From the NCBI GenBank assembly GCA_951406725.2, contig OX597820.1, positions 99,510,001 through 99,574,000 on the forward strand: DNA of 64,000 bases. Reading direction: 5' to 3'. The notes under the pieces were generated by a model. It was not told where the DNA came from. It saw only the letters and a program-made list of their open reading frames with translations, and searched no databases. A program made the position numbers and the translations under genes. This document shows positions 1-12,087 of this stretch, one piece after another. Position 1 is the first letter of the stretch; each line of letters begins with the position of its first letter. Origin of the DNA: Octopus vulgaris (Eukaryota).

Positions 1-203
1 ACAAATGACAACAAAAACAAACTAATTTATTGCATTGTTAATTTACTGATTTTGCAGTATTGGCACGGAGAATGATCCTGTCAGCCCTGTTTTTTTCTCT
101 TTTTGTTTCTTCTATCATTGATCATTACCATTCTAGCCTTCGCATATTCTTGGATACTACTTATCCAATTCCTGAATACGGTAATGGATCATATTCTTAC
201 CAA

Positions 204-416
204 AGGCGGCGAGATAGCAGAATCGTAACAGCGTCGGACAAAATGCTTAGAGGTATTTCTTCCGGCCTTACGTTATGAGTTCAAATTTCGCCGGGATAGG
301 CTTTGCTTTTCATCCTTTCGGGGTCGATAAAATAAAGTACTAGTCGTGAACCGGAATCAGTGTAACTGACTTGACCCTCCCAAACCAAGCTGCTGGCTTT
401 GAGTCAAAACTACAAA
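204..416 (+). mobile_element. SINE family A (tRNA-like head GGCGGCGAGCTGGCAGAA; central GACTTTGCCTTTCATCCTTTCGGGGTCGATAAA domain)
   Basis: Matches the many other copies in the window; A-box-like and B-box-like (GAGTTCAAATT) motifs. Confidence 0.8.
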
Positions 417-429
417 AGATTATTATATA

Positions 430-1230
430 TAATCTTCCAGTATCAGCTCACCTTCGTCGATTCGCTTATAGCAAAATGAAGGCCGTTGAAGACGAATTCA
501 GTCACACGTTTCAACTTGATATAATTCGGCCATCTAGCTATGAAAGGACTTCTCCATTACATATGCATGGCACCCAAGAAAACTACTTTCGATTGATGCA
601 CATATGGTGATTATAGGATGTTAAACTCTAGAACAGTATCAGACAAATGTTCTATTTCATACATTCACGATTTTGCATCTTCTTTGCATGGTGTCGCAGT
701 ATTTTCCAAGACAGAACTAATTCGGACTTATAACCAAATTCATGTCGAACCTTGTGATACTCATTTGACAGCCAGAACTATACCCTTTGGACTATTAGAA
801 TTTTTGAGAATGCCTTTCGGTCTCTGAGATACAGCCAATTCTTTTCAGTGATTCGTTGAGGAAGTTGCTAGTACTTTAGACTTTGCTTTCGCTTATAATG
901 ATGAGTTATTTCTTGCAGTCCTCCCGTATCAGAACATAAAGATCAGCGGGTTTTTATTACTTGACTATCACATTATAGTGTTACAATTAATCCTACTAAA
1001 CGTCTTTTGGGTGACCAACATCTAGCATTCTTAGGAAACGTTACTGATAAAGATGGAACCCAACCCAAGCACAATAAAATGGAAGCTATTTTACAATTTC
1101 CGACACCTACATACCTTCGGAAATTGCGAGAATTTCTAAGCCTGATTATTTTACATTGGCGCATCACTCCGTACTGCACTGAGATAACATATTCTCTTAT
1201 GGAGTTGTTATGTAACCGAAAAAAGTAAAG
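430..1230 (+). mobile_element. Degenerate Ty3/Gypsy LTR-retrotransposon reverse-transcriptase fragment
   Basis: Broken frames give IIRPS..SPLHM, GDYRMLNSRT, VFSKTELIRTYNQI, PFGLLEFLRMPFGL, AYNDE (YxDD remnant), FLG and LREFL, all Gypsy RT motifs with stops and frameshifts. Confidence 0.85.
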
Positions 1231-1437
1231 TAAAAAAAAAACTTCGCTGACGAAGGTAATATGACACAACAGATATTTTCTATCACAAAGCGTTCTAGAC
1301 GCATTCTTATTTCTCTTATTGATCAGTTATTTAGTAGCTACTCACGTTCTTGGATAACGAACATGTCACCTTCTAGGTGATGCATCTATCGCAGGTCCAA
1401 GAGGTAGCCTCTGTTGTCAAAGTGCTGCTAACTTGAT

Positions 1438-1890
1438 AGGGCGGCAAGCTGGCAGAATCGTTAGAACACCGGGCAAAATGCGTAGCGGCATTTCGTCCGA
1501 CTTTATCTTCTGAATTCAAATTCCACACAGATTGACTTTGTCTTTCATTCCTTTCGGGATCGATAAAATAAGTACCAGTTGAGCACTGAAGTCGATGCAA
1601 TCCACTTATCCCCTCCTCCGAACAAGCTGGCCTGGGGTCAAAAATTGAAACTAATATTCTCTAACTTGAAAGTGGCGAGCTGGCAGAATCGTTACCGTGC
1701 CTGAAATATTGCTTTGCAACATTTCGTCCGCCTTAACGTTTTGAGTTCAAATTCCGCCGAGGTTGACTTTGCCTTTCATCCTTTCAGGGTCGATAAAATA
1801 AGTACCATGAGACTACTGGAGTCAATGTAATCAAATTAACCCCTCTACCTAAATTGCTGGCCTTGAGCAAAAATGTGAAACTAATGTTCT
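1438..1890 (+). mobile_element. Two head-to-tail SINE family A copies (~1438-1655 and ~1670-1890)
   Basis: Two full copies; the motif ctaacttg occurs before, between and after them. Confidence 0.85.
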
Positions 1891-3069
1891 CTAACTTGTG
1901 GGATATGAACTCATGAAAAATTTCTGCTATACGCAAACAAATTAGTGGAGACGAGAATACATTTATCAAAGGTTTATTACATTACGTACATCAGGGCTTA
2001 AGTCGCCAGTTATTTCTGTTTAGTTCACTCAGATTCGTTCCACATTCACTGTTGACATTCTTTTATTTTTCTTCCCCTACCGGAAAACCCTTTTTTGTTT
2101 TGCTGCTGACCAACTTCCTAGCTAACCCGCAGCGAAGTTTCTGTCTACAGTTCGTCTGTCACCAATTCTGCCCTACATTGGTATGATTAGTATTTCTCCT
2201 CAAAGTTTCTGTGATAGGAAAATATTCAGATACTGTTGGTCACATAGTACAGCTATTCACTTATGGTATCTTATCAAGAATTCTTTACCTAATTTCATGA
2301 AGTTATAATTTTCGCTACTGATTACGCACTTGATATACTTATTTCTTTCTTTACTGCTCATTAAGTATTATGTAAGTGATAGCATGCAGTACTCAACGAC
2401 CTTGTGGACAGTATCCTGTTAGTGCTGCTACTGACGTGTAAGTTACGTCCTGTCTGTGTGCAGCCCTGTGTGGCTAATAAAGAAACAATAGTTGTTAAAG
2501 AAATATATCTTTCTAGTCTTCTTGGCCAAACTACGAATTTCTTCATGTATCCGGTTTAGTATCCCAAATGTTAGTTTTAGCTCTGGCACTGCGAAGGCAT
2601 TGTTGGATATCGTTTATTTAATGCTAACTATGACTTTTTCACCTTCTGAAGTCTGCTGAAGTATGCTTTATACTCAATACTAATGCATACAATATTTTCA
2701 TAGCACTGGAGATGGGGGTGGTAGACAGGCCACTACTATCCGCATTCCTCGTCTGATCTACAGTCTGACCTGCTTTGACTTCCACCTATTCTGACCTAAC
2801 ACCATTCCTCTTTCCTGCGACAATTTTGTGTTCAGTTCTGCCTGTGTCTTGGCGTCATATTACACAAATGCAGTTCTTATCCATTCAGTTGTTGTTCGTT
2901 TCTTAATAGCATCGACTGTAGCAGTTGGGAGCTTAGCTAGAAATAGCGAATATCCATGTCTGAGGAATAGAGTCAAACCAATACAACCAGGAGATTTAGG
3001 TGGCGCTATTATGCTTCCTTAAGGACAGTATGAATGCATGCATGTATGTCTTCTTTTTCATTCATTAAA

Positions 3070-4130
3070 ATTTTTTAGAGTGCAGGAGCTGGCTTTTGAT
3101 AAAGAAACAAATTATGTTTATACCAAGATAGTTTGAAGTTTATGAGATGTTGTTGGATCTGATAGTCTTCGCTGCGTTTCTTGGAGTAAACTGGATAGCA
3201 TGCGTTGCAATCTCGTCGTCCAATGTTTTGGGCGTTGTGACATCGTCTTAGCCTGCTTGTTAGTCCACTGCTATCGTCTGCTGCCTTGTGGCTGAAGTGC
3301 ATTGAATATATAATGATGCTTAAGGCGGCGAGTTGGCAGAATCGTTAGCACGCTGGGCAAAATGTTTAGCGCCATTTCATCCGTCTTTACGTTTTGAGTT
3401 CAAATTCTGCCGATGCCAACTTTGCCTTTCATCCTTTCGTAGTTGATAAAATAAGTGCCAGTTGAACATGTGGGTTAATGTGATCGGTTTACCCCTCCAC
3501 TAAAATTTCTGGCCTTGTACCAAAATTTGAAGCACGCCAAGGAAGAAATTGTTATTAGATCCGATTCCTCAAGTAATCTCTTAATGCTTTGATGACGTTG
3601 GTAATATTTGAGCGAATCGCGATCGTATTATTTTTTCTTGCATGGAATGTAGTGAGCAGGGTTTGATTTCTATGTTTTGTAATTGTTAAACATTCTTGCT
3701 ACAGGCATTGTAGTTCTCTATCAAAGCAATGTTTTCGTCCATGCCCACGAGGTTTGCTCATGCTATGGCACTTTGGTATGTCTGTCTAGAATTCCATAGT
3801 TTTTTGAAATATGCATGTTGCAGGAATATTTAGCACTTGCAATTCTTGGAAATCAAACCCGGAAATCAAAACTTTGAAATCAAACACAATCGCTATTCGC
3901 CCGAGTATTAACAACGTCATCAATAAACCTGACCATTCAAGAATTCTTATGGAACCGGATGTAACAGCAATTTCGTCTTTGGTGCACTTGCCGAGTAGTA
4001 TCTAAAAGATCGGAAAGGGCCGTTTGGAAAGCTTCCACGACGATGGGAAGACGATTTGGTCCAGAATAGAAAAGAAGGGCCCAATCAAAAAAGAATGGGC
4101 AACACATTATGACCAGTGATGAATAACATC
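3070..4130 (-). mobile_element. Highly decayed Penelope-like element remnant (RT/GIY-YIG), interrupted by a SINE
   Basis: Minus-strand fragments: RFIDD (~3930), IIYSMH..SGLTSRLRRCH (GIY-YIG-like spacing) and a terminal FLYQKPAPAL resembling the PLE C-terminal KPxLN. Confidence 0.4.
3322..3532 (+). mobile_element. SINE family A
   Basis: aaggcggcgagttggcagaatcgttagcacg head plus the central domain. Confidence 0.8.
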
Positions 4131-4155
4131 CAATAAGCCAGGTCGATGATGCAGT

Positions 4156-4187
<32 letters not shown>

Positions 4188-4258
4188 CACACACACACGC
4201 ACGCATGCACGCACGCACACACACACACACACACTACACTACACACACACACACACAC
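4156..4258. repeat. (CA)n/(CACG)n microsatellite
   Basis: Direct inspection. Confidence 0.9.
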
Positions 4259-5191
4259 TGTCGTACTTACGTAGAATCATTCAACCAATAAGAACACTAA
4301 TCAACGGCATCTACGAAAATTAGTTTAAAAGTACAAATGTAAGTAGGTATTATACGAGAGTGAGGCTGGTGTTCTTGTATATATTTGATCAATATTAAGA
4401 AATATTTGTCGTTGTTGGATCATTGTAGTCATATAAATGATGAAGCTGGAGATATTTCTCCAGTTCAATACAATGATGATAGTCAATGAAGATGCTAAAC
4501 GTACAGTGTAAATTCCAAGTACTGGATAGTGTATAAAAATTAGATGGGTTTCGTGAAATAACGAAACGAAAAATTTACTTTCATTTTAAAAGCATGTGTA
4601 TTACGATGGAAGAAAATAAAAAAAAATAAAAGATCCGCAATACTTTCATTAAAAAAAATATGTTTATTACGAGAAAAAAAAACAACAAACAAAAGCAGAT
4701 AAATTGGAAGTATTTCATTAAAACATTAAGAGATCTTTGATGATTAAGGGATAACATAAACTTGAAAAAGATGCAATTTCCTGACTCGCTTCAATCTAAA
4801 AGAAATGACTGAAATATATCGTCTTCAGTACAACACATTCTTAAAAATTTTCTTTTCATGAGATTCCACAAATATCCAATATTCTGTGTATGACTCTCAT
4901 CATCTAGGTCATCGTATTTCTTACTCTATCTAACAACCAAATGTTCAAAAATGCTACCGCCTATTTTATCAATACAATTGTCCACACACCACAACGGATA
5001 CAGTGTGTTCCTGAGTTAAATTATGTCTACAAAACACCTACTACTTGCGCATTCCTTTCTATCCCGACTATTTTTCCTTTTAGAAGTATGTTCTTTAAAG
5101 CAATGAATACACTACTCATCTCGGCAAAACTGAGTGCAATTCATTGCTTAGTTTTTCCAGTGGTTAACATGCATCTTGTAGCAGTAGTACC

Positions 5192-5402
5192 TATTTCTTT
5201 ATTAGGGGACATAGAGGGGACAAACAAGGACAGACATCGATTACATCGACCCCAGTGCGTAACTGGTGCTTAATTTATCGACCCCGAAAGGATGAAAGGC
5301 AAAGTCGACCTCAGCGGAATTTGAACTCACAACGTAACAGCAGACGAAATACTGCAAAGCATTTCGCCCGGCGTGCTGACGCTTCTGCCAGCTCGCCACC
5401 TA
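5192..5402 (-). mobile_element. SINE family A with 17-bp TSD
   Basis: TSD cttgtagcagtagtacc at 5175-5191 and 5403-5419. Confidence 0.9.
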
Positions 5403-5689
5403 CTTGTAGCAGTAGTACCCTTCAATTTTATATCTTTACTCGAGCTATAAATGAATATCATTAATTTTAAGAAATTTATATTCTATCTGTTCAAGAACGA
5501 ACTTGATCTTATGTTCGCCACTACAGCAGTAATTACAAGTACATGTAATTCCCATATTACCTGTATCACCGATTAATCATAACGAATTGATCTCTTTATT
5601 TCTCTTATTTACGTTGTGGTGCACCTGAGCACTGTATACAATAATTTCATTATTATTATATTATTTTCCATAACGACACCTCTGAAGGT

Positions 5690-5826
5690 ACTTCTCAAGC
5701 TCAAGCATTTTACTCACGGAAGTTAAAAAATTTCGTTTCCGCATTTCAAGTAACCCATTTTATTTTTATACATTCCACGTTTCTTCAAAATACGCCGTAA
5801 TTCTGCACATTTCCCAAGCCGTAAGT
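5690..5826 (+). promoter_or_regulatory. Candidate promoter and non-coding first exon of ZNF-1
   Basis: Non-repetitive, locally CpG-richer stretch with an ETS-like ACGGAAGT (~5716), ending at a consensus donor cc|GTAAGT (5821) about 2 kb upstream of the 7838 acceptor. Inference only. Confidence 0.35.
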
Positions 5827-7838
5827 GTTTTTGTCAGTTCTTATTGAGAATGATCTATTATTTTCCAGACTTAAAAATCTTTCTTCTGGTTTGCTCCATG
5901 AGATATCTTAATTATTTATTTTAACAGAATGTCAGATACTACATTAACAATACTTGTTAAGTTCTTAATTGTTGAAAGTTTGTTGTTTTCCCGTGAAAAC
6001 CATCAAAAATGTTTGTCATTTTGAACTCCACCTTTCAAATTGTTTCTTTTCTTTCTAGAAGTTAGGACAGGGAATTATGTCACATCATTAGGACTTGTCT
6101 CCTAGAAACGACATCTCTATGCATAATCCCGGCAGGATTTTTCCTTAGAATTAAAAATTACAGTTTCTGGTGTTTTTTTCCTCTATAGACACTTTTTTTA
6201 ACTACTCATTTCTAATTGAAATAACAGTGTTGATTGTAAACTGTGAGCGTGTGAGATGCTTGAATGACATTATTATAAAAAATATATTGTTCATTTAAGA
6301 AAACTGTATAGCTAACTAACTTCCATATCACATATGATGTGATGGTGAAATAAAATCTTTATGACAAATCAGTAATATTCCAGGGTTTTATTAAAAATAA
6401 AGACTGCATTTCCAAACATTCAATAAAATCAACATTTGATAGTTTTGTGCGGGATGGGGGGGGGAGAGAGATTTTGTGAACTGTTGTTCTGTTTGAAGCA
6501 TAAATAAGTGTTATATAATGGGATGTAAATTATGAACACAGTAAAATTAACAAATATTAGTACATCTGTGTGTGTGTGTGTGTGTAGCCACGTAACCATG
6601 TTTACGAACTGATATGTGAGTTGCAATAGAGTCCGTTGTCAATTTTATTTTGTTCTTTATTTGTTTAAGCATCAAACCAATGAACACGATAAAAACATTT
6701 CACTGCTTGCAGTCTGCTACTAGCTGGAGATTGTTTTCAAAATTGGCATGGAGAGTTGTTACAGGTTAGTTTAAGTTAAGACTGCTGGCCGCATACATTT
6801 GATGAATTAATAGGAGTGGGAATTCGAGGAAAAACAAAAGGTGTGGTGATATCACATGAAAAAAATTTAATTATAAGATAATTTTGGTAAAAAAGAAAAG
6901 AAAAAAAAAAGAATTATTTAAATGTTTCTAAATGATTTTCATCACAAAATTTACAATATAAATAAATTACAATAACTAACAAAAATGTCGATCGCTGTTT
7001 AATTCTGTTTTTTTGACTAAAGTAATAAAATTCATCTCTTCAAACACTTATGTTGGTAGTGTTTTTTTTTTTGTGAGAATAGGAAGCGGTCTAAAGATTT
7101 TGCTGCTTTGCGGCAATCATAGCTACTAGTTTTGGCAATGCATACTCAAAAATTCTGCAGCCGAGTAATTAAAAGGTTACTTAAGAACTCCCACGTCGAA
7201 GGTGATATCGAATAGTGTTAACAGGGTTAGAAATTATCATTTTAACGTTTACTTTTCGATGAGGCAGATTTTCTAGGGCTTGATATGCTTTCTGTCGCCG
7301 GAAATATTTTTCCCCTGGCCAGACATGTTTTCTTGGACGATCAGAAACAAAAGACTATCACTCAGTATCAGGACACACATTCTTTCCCATCAACTCTTGT
7401 AAGGAGGTTCATTCCTATGATGAAGAGAATGGGAGTAATTGTGCAGCCAGTTACAATTTACTTCACGTTGTCTTACCACGAAGTTGTAAACTGGGCTGTT
7501 TTTAAAATGAAACTGGATGTCTCAAAAGTAACTGGTTATCATTCCATTGATGTGCAGAGAGATATGAGTGCAGCGTAGGGTTGCATGTATGAGGTTTTGT
7601 GCTGTATGCATTGGCCAGATCTAACTAGATCTCTGTCAGGTTGCCTTTTCTTCTAGTCTTTCTCAGGTAACATGATTGAGAACTCTGGTTTGCAGCAGAC
7701 AACCAAAAAAGGCCTGGGAAAAAGCTATGTGGTAGTTTCACTCTCTTCTTGTCATCTTAACTTTCAATTGCTTAGAACAAGTCCTTTCTCTTAAGTAACT
7801 TTAGTATTAAAACTTGAATTTTCACATATCTGTTGCAG

Positions 7839-8191
7839 GGAATCTGATGACTTTGAGATGAGAATTTATCACCCACGACATATGAAGCTGTAAGATTTCA
7901 AAGAATGAAGAATGACATTATCAAGAGCAATTCCTCTGAATTGAGATTAAATACAAAAATTTGAACAGATGGAAGTATTTTTACTGGGTAATTATGTGTA
8001 AAAATTACAGCAGGAAACTATTATGATACACTAATGTGTAATGTTTCTTCTAACTGGATATTTTTTAAGAACTGAAGCAAGATTAACTCTTGGAAATGTT
8101 ATCTTTATATCTGAAATATTGTCAGACTTTGACTGTTGAGGAAAATCTTTATAACAAATAAAGAAATAGTTCCTATAAATTATATAAAATC
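7839..8191 (+). other. Putative 5'UTR part of the ZNF-1 coding exon (acceptor AG at 7837-7838)
   Basis: ttttcacatatctgttgcAG acceptor. The downstream sequence is homologous to 39040-39732 upstream of ZNF-2. Confidence 0.6.
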
Positions 8192-9688
8192 ATGGAAACA
8201 GCTGTACTTTTACAAGATACTATGGAGGAAAAGCTGTTTGAGAATCAAGTTGAAGATGAAAATAATGGTGCTGCTCACCAGAAACAGGAAGATACAGAGA
8301 ATAAATTATATCCTTGTAGTGTTTGTGGAAAATCTTTCAAAGCAAGAAATCATTTAATTCAACATAAAGTAATGCACAGAAGTTCAAAACGTTATCATTG
8401 TGAAATTTGTGACAAAAACTTTACTACAAATAGATCTTTATCTTATCACAGACGTATTCACACGGGCGAAAGACCATACCACTGTGATATTTGTGGTAAA
8501 GCTTTCGCTCAGAGTGGACATTTGTCAAATCATAAACGAATACATACTGGAGAAAAGCCGTACAAGTGTGAAGTCTGTGGTAAATCCTTTTCTGTAAATA
8601 GCGATTTAACTTGTCACAAGCGTGTTCATACAGGAGAGAGACCATATCACTGCGATATATGTGGTAAATCTTTCTCTCAGAGTGGTTATTTATCAACTCA
8701 CCTACGTATTCATGCAGGGGAGAAACCATATCACTGTGATATTTGTGGTAAAACGTTTTCCGGTAACAGTGATTTATCACGCCACAAACGTGTTCACACG
8801 GGAGAGAAACCATATCGCTGTGATATCTGTGGTAAAGCAGTGTCTCGCAGTAGTATTTTATCTAGCCATAAGCGTATTCACTTTAGAGAGAAACCATATC
8901 AATGTAATGACTGTGGTAAAACATTTTCTAACAACGGTCATTTTTTGAGTCACAAATGTAATAACAGAGATGCGAAACCGTATAGTTGTCAAACCTGTTG
9001 TAAAACCTTTTCTTGTTGTAGTAGTTTATCTAAGCACAAACGTACTCATACAGATCTGAAGCCATACTTTTGTGATATCTGTGGTAAAGCATTTTCTCAA
9101 CGTAATAATTTATCGATCCACAAATACATTCACACTGGGGAGAAACCCTACAACTGTGAAACCTGTGGCAAAACATTTTCTGGAAGTAGCAGTTTGTCTC
9201 GCCACCAACGTATTCATACAGGTGAAAGACCATACCATTGTGATATTTGCAGTAGGACATTTTCTTGTAGCAGTCATTTATCTAAACATATTCGCATCCA
9301 CACTGGCGAAAAGCCATACCACTGCGATATCTGTGATAAAGCCTTTTCTGGAAGCAGTGATTTATCACGTCACCAGCGCATTCATACAGGTGAAAAGCCA
9401 TACCATTGCGATGTTTGTGGCAAAACTTTTTCTTGTAGTAGTCATTTATCTAATCATATTCATATTCATACTGGAGACAGACCATATCAGTGTGATATTT
9501 GTGGTAGGTCTTTCTCTCTAAGTGGAAATTTATCAAAGCACATTCGTATTCACACAGGAGAAAAACCATATCAGTGTAATATTTGTACTGAAACATTTTC
9601 TCATTCCAGCCAGTTGGCTAAGCATAAAGTTGTACATACAGTGATCAAACCATGTCCAAATGAAAGTACTTTTGATGCTGTGTCATAA
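8192..9688 (+). CDS. C2H2 poly-zinc-finger protein ZNF-1 (498 aa; 16 fingers, finger 8 degenerate); single coding exon; no KRAB/BTB/SCAN
   Basis: Uninterrupted ORF of tandem 28-aa YxCxxCGKxFxxxxxLxxHxRxH units with TGEKP/TGERP linkers and a short acidic N-terminus. The second Met (8222, MEEKLFE) aligns with the start of ZNF-2 (MEKKLCE) and may be the true start. Confidence 0.95.
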   Translation: METAVLLQDTMEEKLFENQVEDENNGAAHQKQEDTENKLYPCSVCGKSFKARNHLIQHKVMHRSSKRYHCEICDKNFTTNRSLSYHRRIHTGERPYHCDICGKAFAQSGHLSNHKRIHTGEKPYKCEVCGKSFSVNSDLTCHKRVHTGERPYHCDICGKSFSQSGYLSTHLRIHAGEKPYHCDICGKTFSGNSDLSRHKRVHTGEKPYRCDICGKAVSRSSILSSHKRIHFREKPYQCNDCGKTFSNNGHFLSHKCNNRDAKPYSCQTCCKTFSCCSSLSKHKRTHTDLKPYFCDICGKAFSQRNNLSIHKYIHTGEKPYNCETCGKTFSGSSSLSRHQRIHTGERPYHCDICSRTFSCSSHLSKHIRIHTGEKPYHCDICDKAFSGSSDLSRHQRIHTGEKPYHCDVCGKTFSCSSHLSNHIHIHTGDRPYQCDICGRSFSLSGNLSKHIRIHTGEKPYQCNICTETFSHSSQLAKHKVVHTVIKPCPNESTFDAVS

Positions 9689-9921
9689 AATAAGTTATCA
9701 TGGTTAGTTTTTATATTGAGATATTTTGTTGTAAAACATTGTTGGAAAATAGATTTATTGCTCTATAAACATATATATTGTTTATTCATTTTTGATTCCC
9801 GATTTTCTATGCTTGCATGGCTTAGATGAATATATATATATAATTGAAGAATTGTTTTACATCTGAATGCCCTTCCTATCACTCACTTATCTTTACCATT
9901 TTTCAAGTTTGGGATCAGTTA

Positions 9922-10285
9922 TCTCTATACATATAAACGGCAAAATGTTTGTGTGTGTGTCCTTTATACAAATCCACAGTTTTTCAGTTAGAGAGCTCGC
10001 ACTTTCTATGGTCATTCAAAACCGTCCAAGGGTGGCCGTGCACATCTTTACATTTCCCCAGTCACCCCGCAAAGCCATTAAAAAATCAATAGAAGTGACT
10101 TTTTTGTGAATTTTCTATCCAAAACCCAATCAAAATGCCCGAAACTTGATATGCCAATTGAATGCCAGCTAGCTGTATGTGATTGGTCGGAGATTTGGAC
10201 AGTACTCATGTGTATGTGTGCATGCACGCAGCTGTATATGCATGCACTAGCACTATGACCCAGCGTTGCCGGGTCATAGTGCTAG
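9922..10285 (+). mobile_element. Non-autonomous Helitron
   Basis: Inserted between A and T; 5' TC(tctatacatataa), subterminal GC-rich hairpin, 3' CTAG; no TSD. Confidence 0.8.
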
Positions 10286-10448
10286 TTCCACATATTTTCA
10301 AAAGTGGAATGCCAGCAAAGAAGTTTTTCACAGGCAAATAACGAAAATCTTCAGTGCTTATTGCTGATGGTTTTTTTCTTGCAAAGTTCATGGAATGTGA
10401 ACATTCACACCCATACTTGTACATTGTATATATGTATACACACACATA

Positions 10449-12087
10449 CATCATCATCATTACCATCATTTAATGTCCTCCATGCTGGTATAGGTTAAAT
10501 AGCTTGACAGGATCCCATGAGCTGGAGGACTGCGTTTAACTCCAATATCTTTTTTGGCATGGTTTCTATGGCAGATACCCTTCCTAATGCCAATCACTTT
10601 ACAGCATGTACTGGGTGCCTTTTCATGACATTGGTACTTGTGACCTCATGAGATAACTCGCATGACTGAAAAAAAGACAACTGAGTGTGGTTGTAAGTAT
10701 TCAAGGAAGTGGCTTTATGCCAGGTCTTGAGGGGCAAAAATATAAGAGAAGGACAGGCACATGGGTCTTGCTATAGAAGAGATACATCACTCTACTGCAT
10801 TATATAAGGGTGGGTTGTAGTCACTGGAAAGAAGATATTGATAATAGTGATGAAATATTAGCATACTCTCAAGATGCAAGAAGGTGAGTATAAGAAAAAA
10901 TACAAGCAAAGGATTAGAAAGGGTGGTAGATAAGTTCAGAATAAAGTGTGAGTGGAGAGTGACAGATGGTTAGAGATGGATGTAGCAGTGCATGCAGTTA
11001 ATGGAACAAGATGGAGGTGTTGTTGGTGAATGTCAAGTGTTGGGGTGAAAGGTGAAACATATAGAAAATTATGTGTAACAGTATAATAAACCTGGAGATA
11101 GATGAAAAAAAAAGAGATGATGTGTGGGGTGGGGAAGTAGTGGGAGAGAGATGTGTGGTGACAGAAATGGTTGCCAGTGGTACATCGGGGTGTCTATAGC
11201 AAGTGGGGGACAACAGTGAAGGTGAAGCTGTCAATGGCAAACGTGACAGGTTGATAAGAGTGGTAGCAGATAAAACAGTGTTGAACCTGAGATCCTGTGA
11301 AGTAGCTTAACCCTTTCTTTACTGTATTTATTTTGAGATGCTCTGTGCTTGTTTCAATTACTTTAAATATAACAAAGAATTTAATAAAATAACTTAGTTA
11401 TCGTTAAGCTAGTGATAGGAACATAAATTGTGACTAAGGTTTGGTGGAAGATTTTAGTTCAAAACTTTTGAAAACAAGACATTTGTATTCATTGCTAGAG
11501 CCAGTTTCAGCCTGGTTGGTAACAAAAGGGTTAAGGGAGAGGGAGAGATAACTGAAAGCACAGAAAGTGGTTAGTGGTTGAAAATAAAGTAGGAAGGAAT
11601 GATATTGAGAATGAAGGGGGGGATGAGGATGAAATGTGTGTAGATTCTTCTCTCATGATTTCAGTAGTTGAATAGAGCCTTAGAAGTGGAGGGAGAAAGG
11701 TGTTAGAAAGATGAGAGTTGGAAGGCTTGATGGGTACATGAACTGAATGCCTTTAGGACCTCACTTTTGTTGAGATGAATAGGTCTTCTTGAGCACTGTG
11801 AATCGCCCACTACTGTTCTTTGTTGCCTCCTTTGTGAAGCTCAACATCTTCAGATCTGCCTTCATTATTTCATCCCATGTCTCCTAGTCTCGCCTTTCCA
11901 CAAGTTCCCTCCACATTTAGTGATCAATATTTTTTTTATGCAGCTGTCCTCATCCATATGCATCATATAACCATACTAGCCCAGTCTTCTTTCTTGCACA
12001 CCACATCTGATTCCTCATACACCTAATTTTTCTCTCAACACATACTTACACTGTCACACATGCTCACTGACATTGCACATCCAATGT
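10449..12087 (-). mobile_element. Old 5'-truncated RTE LINE (RT C-terminus, long 3'UTR and (GAT)n tail), containing a TTAA MITE
   Basis: Minus-strand translation of 11790-12087 gives WMCNVS..LREKL..CGVQERRL..MDEDSCIKK..VEGTCG, matching the C-terminus of the 21-25 kb RTE. The (CAT)n run at 10449 is the tail. Confidence 0.75.
11311..11530. mobile_element. piggyBac-type MITE, family 1
   Basis: TTAA|CCCTTT...AAAGGG|TTAA, 220 bp; closely similar to 26993-27200. Confidence 0.85.

Noticed and set aside
8136-9521. Overlapping alternative-frame and antisense ORFs within ZNF-1 (and 40100-40792 within ZNF-2)
   Set aside because: Expected shadow ORFs of repetitive C2H2 codon patterns; no independent coding signal.
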